From Eledone cirrhosa (Eukaryota): a stretch of DNA of 64,000 nucleotides. Under the pieces are notes generated by a model that saw nothing but the letters and a program-made list of their open reading frames with translations, was not told the DNA's origin and ran no database searches. Below are positions 55,530 through 64,000 of this stretch, in pieces (the stretch's first letter is position 1; each line of letters begins with the position of its first letter). The DNA lies in the NCBI GenBank assembly GCA_964016885.1, contig OZ024742.1:304916001-304980000 (forward strand), written 5' to 3'. The position numbers were made by a program, and so were the translations under genes.

Positions 55530-55903
55530 TGACCCGATCATGATATACGACCCATACATATATACATATATACATATATACATACATGCATACATTTATA
55601 CATATATTTCTGCGTGTGTGTATATGCGGTGGGCTTCCACTAAATTTCAATCAGAACGTATTGGCCAACTCAATGTTCTGGTAAAAATTTGACCAATGTT
55701 CCATGCAGTGGAACTGAAAATGAAACTACGTGTTTTCGAACCGAAATCGTTACCTTTACAACCATGCATTCGGAAGTAGAAACTGAATTGTCTGTGCAGA
55801 ATACACTGGAGAACAACTTGACTAGTTTCGTTCGTTATCAGCCAAGTTTACCAGTTTACAAAGACACTGTTATTTCCATTTGCATTTCATTATAATTGTT
55901 GAG

Positions 55904-56088
55904 CGTCGGCACTTATGCTTTGCAGCATGTAGTTACGTCCCTTTAAATCTGAGTTCAAGTTCCGCTGAGGTTAGCTTTGTCTTTCATCCTTACGGGGTTG
56001 ATAAAATAAAGCACCAGTAATGCACTGGGGTCGATGAAATCGACTTTTTCTTCCGCTAAAATTGTGCCTAAATTAGGAACTATTATAT
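55904..56088 (+). mobile_element. SINE copy
   Basis: GAGTTCAAGTTCC...CTTTCATCCTTACGGGGTTGATAAAATAAAGCACCAG. Confidence 0.85.
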
Positions 56089-56686
56089 TTGTTAAACTAG
56101 TATGAATTAATGAATTAAAATACTGAGTAGCTCTATACTACGACTTTGTATGTATGTACATTGAGGTAAATTTGTGCCTATGAAACTGTTTGTGCGTATT
56201 AACATGAGCCAAGTTATTGAGTATTCAACCAGTAACTCATAATTCGTGTCTTCATTCTTCTCTGTAGTATTACAGCAATGTAGCAGATTAAAATAAAAAA
56301 AACTGACTATTATGTATACAAATTATAAAGAATATATCTTTTACGACGAATAACATGGTAGGAAATAATTACCATGATTTAATGAAAGAAACTACGTATG
56401 TGTCATGCTTAATAAAATTGACACTGTTAATATTTTAACACCGTATTTTAATCTAACCATCCATTTGATGGTAGAAACTTTGAACTGTACGGCTACGTGG
56501 GACAAATATTTGGCTTAGCCTAATTATTTATTTAAACAAATTGGGCTTGTTATAGATCCATGGGCTCATTTATTGTTGAAGTTTCCCTACAGTAATGTTA
56601 CAGTAGATGCTGGATTGACGAGAATTAATTCTAGATATTTCGAATACAGTCCAAATACCATATATATTAATTACAACGAGCTAGGC

Positions 56687-56780
<94 letters not shown>

Positions 56781-56814
56781 AAAATGGAGCGCTGCGTGGT
56801 TGCACAAGGGTTAC

Positions 56815-56944
56815 ATATGAATAAAATTAGTCCTTCATCAGTGATCTTCCAACTTTCATTGGTATTTCATCGCTTTAAAAATGATTTTTAAAGCGATGAA
56901 ATACCAATGAAAGTTGGAAGATCACTGATGAAGGACTAATTTTA

Positions 56945-56951
<7 letters not shown>
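56815..56951. repeat. Perfect palindrome with 68-bp arms (1-nt centre at 56883) abutting (TA)n
   Basis: Exact inverted repeat; contains CTGATGA but no completing GAAA. Confidence 0.9.
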
Positions 56952-57032
<81 letters not shown>

Positions 57033-57175
57033 GACTAATTGGTGAGTCTTATTCTGCAGATTCTCCTGTGAGTGGGCAGGAGAAACTCCTGAGTAACAAA
57101 ACACACTACTTACACATCATAAAGAATATTTAAACTCTACTTTGGTACTGAATACTCTTTTTCCTCTCAGTCAAA

Positions 57176-57274
<99 letters not shown>

Positions 57275-57494
57275 GATAGATGGGCTTGTTTTGAGGGATG
57301 ATATTTATTGAGATTTCACCTTGAATTTAAATGACGCGGAGTCGTTTGGGAAATATGTTTATGGGTTGTAGTGGCCGATGCAGTGGTTGTCGCAGGTTTA
57401 CTCCGCGGCAATGCTCTTACTATTCGGGACTCAGCTGCATTATATCATCCAGCGAAGTGTTTTTACTTTGTCATTCCTCACTTCACCTGTTTTC

Positions 57495-57645
57495 ATTATT
57501 TCAGTTCAAATCCCGCCGAGGTTAACTTTGCCGGTCATCCTTATGGGATCGCTAGAATAAAGCACTAGTAACATACTGGGGTCGATTTAATCGACTTTCC
57601 CTCCCCCAATTACTGGCCTTGTGCCTATACTAGAAATCATTATTT
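57495..57645 (+). mobile_element. SINE copy (5' eroded)
   Basis: CAGTTCAAATCCCGCCGAGGTTAACTTTGCC...GGCCTTGTGCCTATACTAGAAA. Confidence 0.8.
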
Positions 57646-58019
57646 CATTGCAACCTCTTGTTTTCCCTTTTACTCACTTCACGTTTATACATTTGCATCG
57701 ATGAAATCCATACTTACTTTAACTAATTTAATATGAAGCTTTGAAACAAGGTAGGGAAAGTTACATTACTCGTCATTACTGGAAGATATCTGTCATTGTG
57801 GGAAGATAGGTCATTGACCTGTTGCGTAAGAAACAAATTAATTTAAAGAAACAGGTTGAAGTTTCACTTAAAATGGTTACGATTTTATGATATTCATTTA
57901 AATATTTAACATATTCTTACTAAAGCTTAAATAGAAGGGTATTTAATTTGTAGTGCATTTGTTAATAACATCTCAGGCAAACGTTGGAGACGCAGACCAT
58001 GGCAATGTGCTTTGTGACG

Positions 58020-58144
<125 letters not shown>

Positions 58145-58371
58145 GGGGGGGGGACATACTAGTATCATCTGCATAGTACATATTGTGGAAATTAAATATA
58201 TGTATTAACAGTTTGACTTCTGCATTACCATTTGTTTCGTAGATATAAAAAAATATTTCAAATGAATTAGGCGTATTTATTTCCATCTAAACAATCACTT
58301 GTAATGGAGGAATAAGTCAGAATGTTAGTACATAAATATATATATGTGTGCGCGTGTCTGTTTATTCATAA

Positions 58372-58413
<42 letters not shown>

Positions 58414-58997
58414 GGGCTGTCTGAGTAAGTATAAATGTGTAAATGTGTTTATGTGTATAAAGTAAGTATATTATGTGTATACTGAGTAAGTATAAATGTG
58501 TAAATGTGTAAATGTGTTTATTCTTCCTTTGCTAGATAATTATATTCGGATACTTCCGCAATGATGAAGGTACATGGTTACAAAAAGAAATAAATTACTT
58601 CCACACGTAAAAACCTACCAAAAATCTTATATCTATGACTCAAGGAGTTGTCTGAAAATATACAAGTGCGCCTGCGTAGACTTGTATGCAATGTTACGAA
58701 AATCTGTGTCTTGCTTCATTAGTAGCTTGTATTCAATAAGACGCCAATCAGTTTCTTCACCTTAATTCTCTGATTCTGCCTCTTCTCTCTTACTCTTACT
58801 TTCATGTAAATATATAAATATTCTATCGATTTTGTGTATGTCAGTTTGTGTAAGTGCCTGCTAATGTGTGTACTTATTTGATGTGTATATGTTTGCGTTT
58901 ATGTGTACACATCTTATACTATATGAGCATACGAAAATAAATAATCGCAATATATATATGTATATATAATGTAATCATGATATATATAAATATATAA

Positions 58998-59183
58998 GGG
59001 CAGTGGATTGGCAGTATCGGTAGAGGGTCGGACGCCATGCTTTGCAGCAAAGAGTTACAGCGCTTTATGGTCTGAGTTCAAACCCCGCTGAGGTTAACTT
59101 TGCCTTTAATCCTTACGGGGTCGATAAAATAAAGTACCAGTAATGTACTGTGTATTTGCTGGCCTTGTGCCAAAAGTAGAAAC

Positions 59184-59188
<5 letters not shown>
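58998..59188 (+). mobile_element. SINE copy inserted in (TA)-rich sequence
   Basis: Full-length match to the 30024 family. Confidence 0.9.
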
Positions 59189-59224
<36 letters not shown>

Positions 59225-59793
59225 AATCATTTCAAGTCTATATATATAGATACATATACTGTGGTGGACGGACCAGGGTGCCAGCTTTCCAATGGCAACT
59301 GGGCCCCAGGCAGCCCACGGCAGCATTGTAAGACCCTACAGTTGCATTGCAGAGCCCACTGTAGTAGTTTAGTGGCCAATGCTTTGCTGTAAAAAAATAC
59401 CTGAAATCTAACAAAAAATACAATTTCGTCAACCAATTCCCCGCAGAGGGGAATTAAGAGAAACCAAAATATACAATAGTGCAAATAGCTGGAATCAGTG
59501 GTTAAACATTCTACTAAAACTAAAGCTTAGTGTATTCATTCATGCATGCAAACATACATATATAGACACAGACACACAAGCGTATATATATATAATAATA
59601 AGTGTTGACGGACCCAGCATATTTATCAATGCCAGTACCGGTTGTATCTCAGCGCACTCAATGGGCAATGTAAGATACATAGTTACTTGCTTCAACACAA
59701 CACACGTAAAGCGGGTGCCTATAAGGTTCCCGGAATCGGATATATATATATATATATATACGGTTGTGAATCTGTGTCTATATATGTATATTA

Positions 59794-59830
<37 letters not shown>

Positions 59831-59844
59831 TGAATGAATATATA

Positions 59845-59883
<39 letters not shown>

Positions 59884-60290
59884 AATATAAATTAGCGAGA
59901 ATCGTATTTCGGCTTTGGAATTAGCGAAAAACAACTTCCGAGATGTGTGGCAATAGGTCAATAATTCTGACGAACCAGAGCTACAACATACGTTAAAGGC
60001 CAAACACACTGAGACAATGGTTAAACCGTCATCCGCACAATATATACAATATATATATATATATATATATATATGCTTGTGTCTATATGTAAAAGTAATT
60101 CAAACTCACTTGTTGTTCGAAGCATAGCACTCCTGCTATTCTAAAATTCTCTAATCATTTCGCAAGGTGAGACCGTGAAACTCAGAGTAACTCCTATGTA
60201 GTCATAGTGGTTTTATTTTAATTATTTACAAGCAAAGATTATAATTATTATCAATTATTTTTTATATATGGAGAAACAATACACGTGTTA

Positions 60291-64000
<3,710 letters not shown>

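Noticed and set aside
59962-60035. CTGACGA-ACCA...TGGT-TAAA-CCG-TC hammerhead-like motif
   Set aside because: G12 is missing and stem I does not pair. At best a fossil, so it is not called.

Overview
AT-rich, microsatellite-saturated animal intergenic or intronic DNA. The SINE families and the (TA)/(CA)/(CATA) landscape suggest an octopus or other cephalopod genome (inference). No intact host protein-coding gene is supported, and almost all listed ORFs are microsatellite read-through. The window holds a frameshifted Tx1/L1-clade LINE (about 60451-64000, minus strand), three R4/Dong-clade RLE-LINE fragments lying in or next to (CATA)n tracts, and a 5'-truncated Penelope-like element (PLE) with a GIY-YIG domain and an inverted pseudo-LTR (33884-35672; the GIY-YIG frame is absent from the ORF track). 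It also holds an RTE-like remnant, about ten tRNA-derived SINE copies, two Tc1/mariner-type MITEs and a probable Helitron 3' end. The most notable signal is a set of more than ten type I hammerhead ribozyme motifs from at least eight unrelated families. Most sit in fold-back (palindromic) inserts next to (TA)n tracts. Four families share a compensatory U3:A8 core, and one forms a 318-bp tandem unit resembling a retrozyme. All structures were read by eye; none has been computed or tested.
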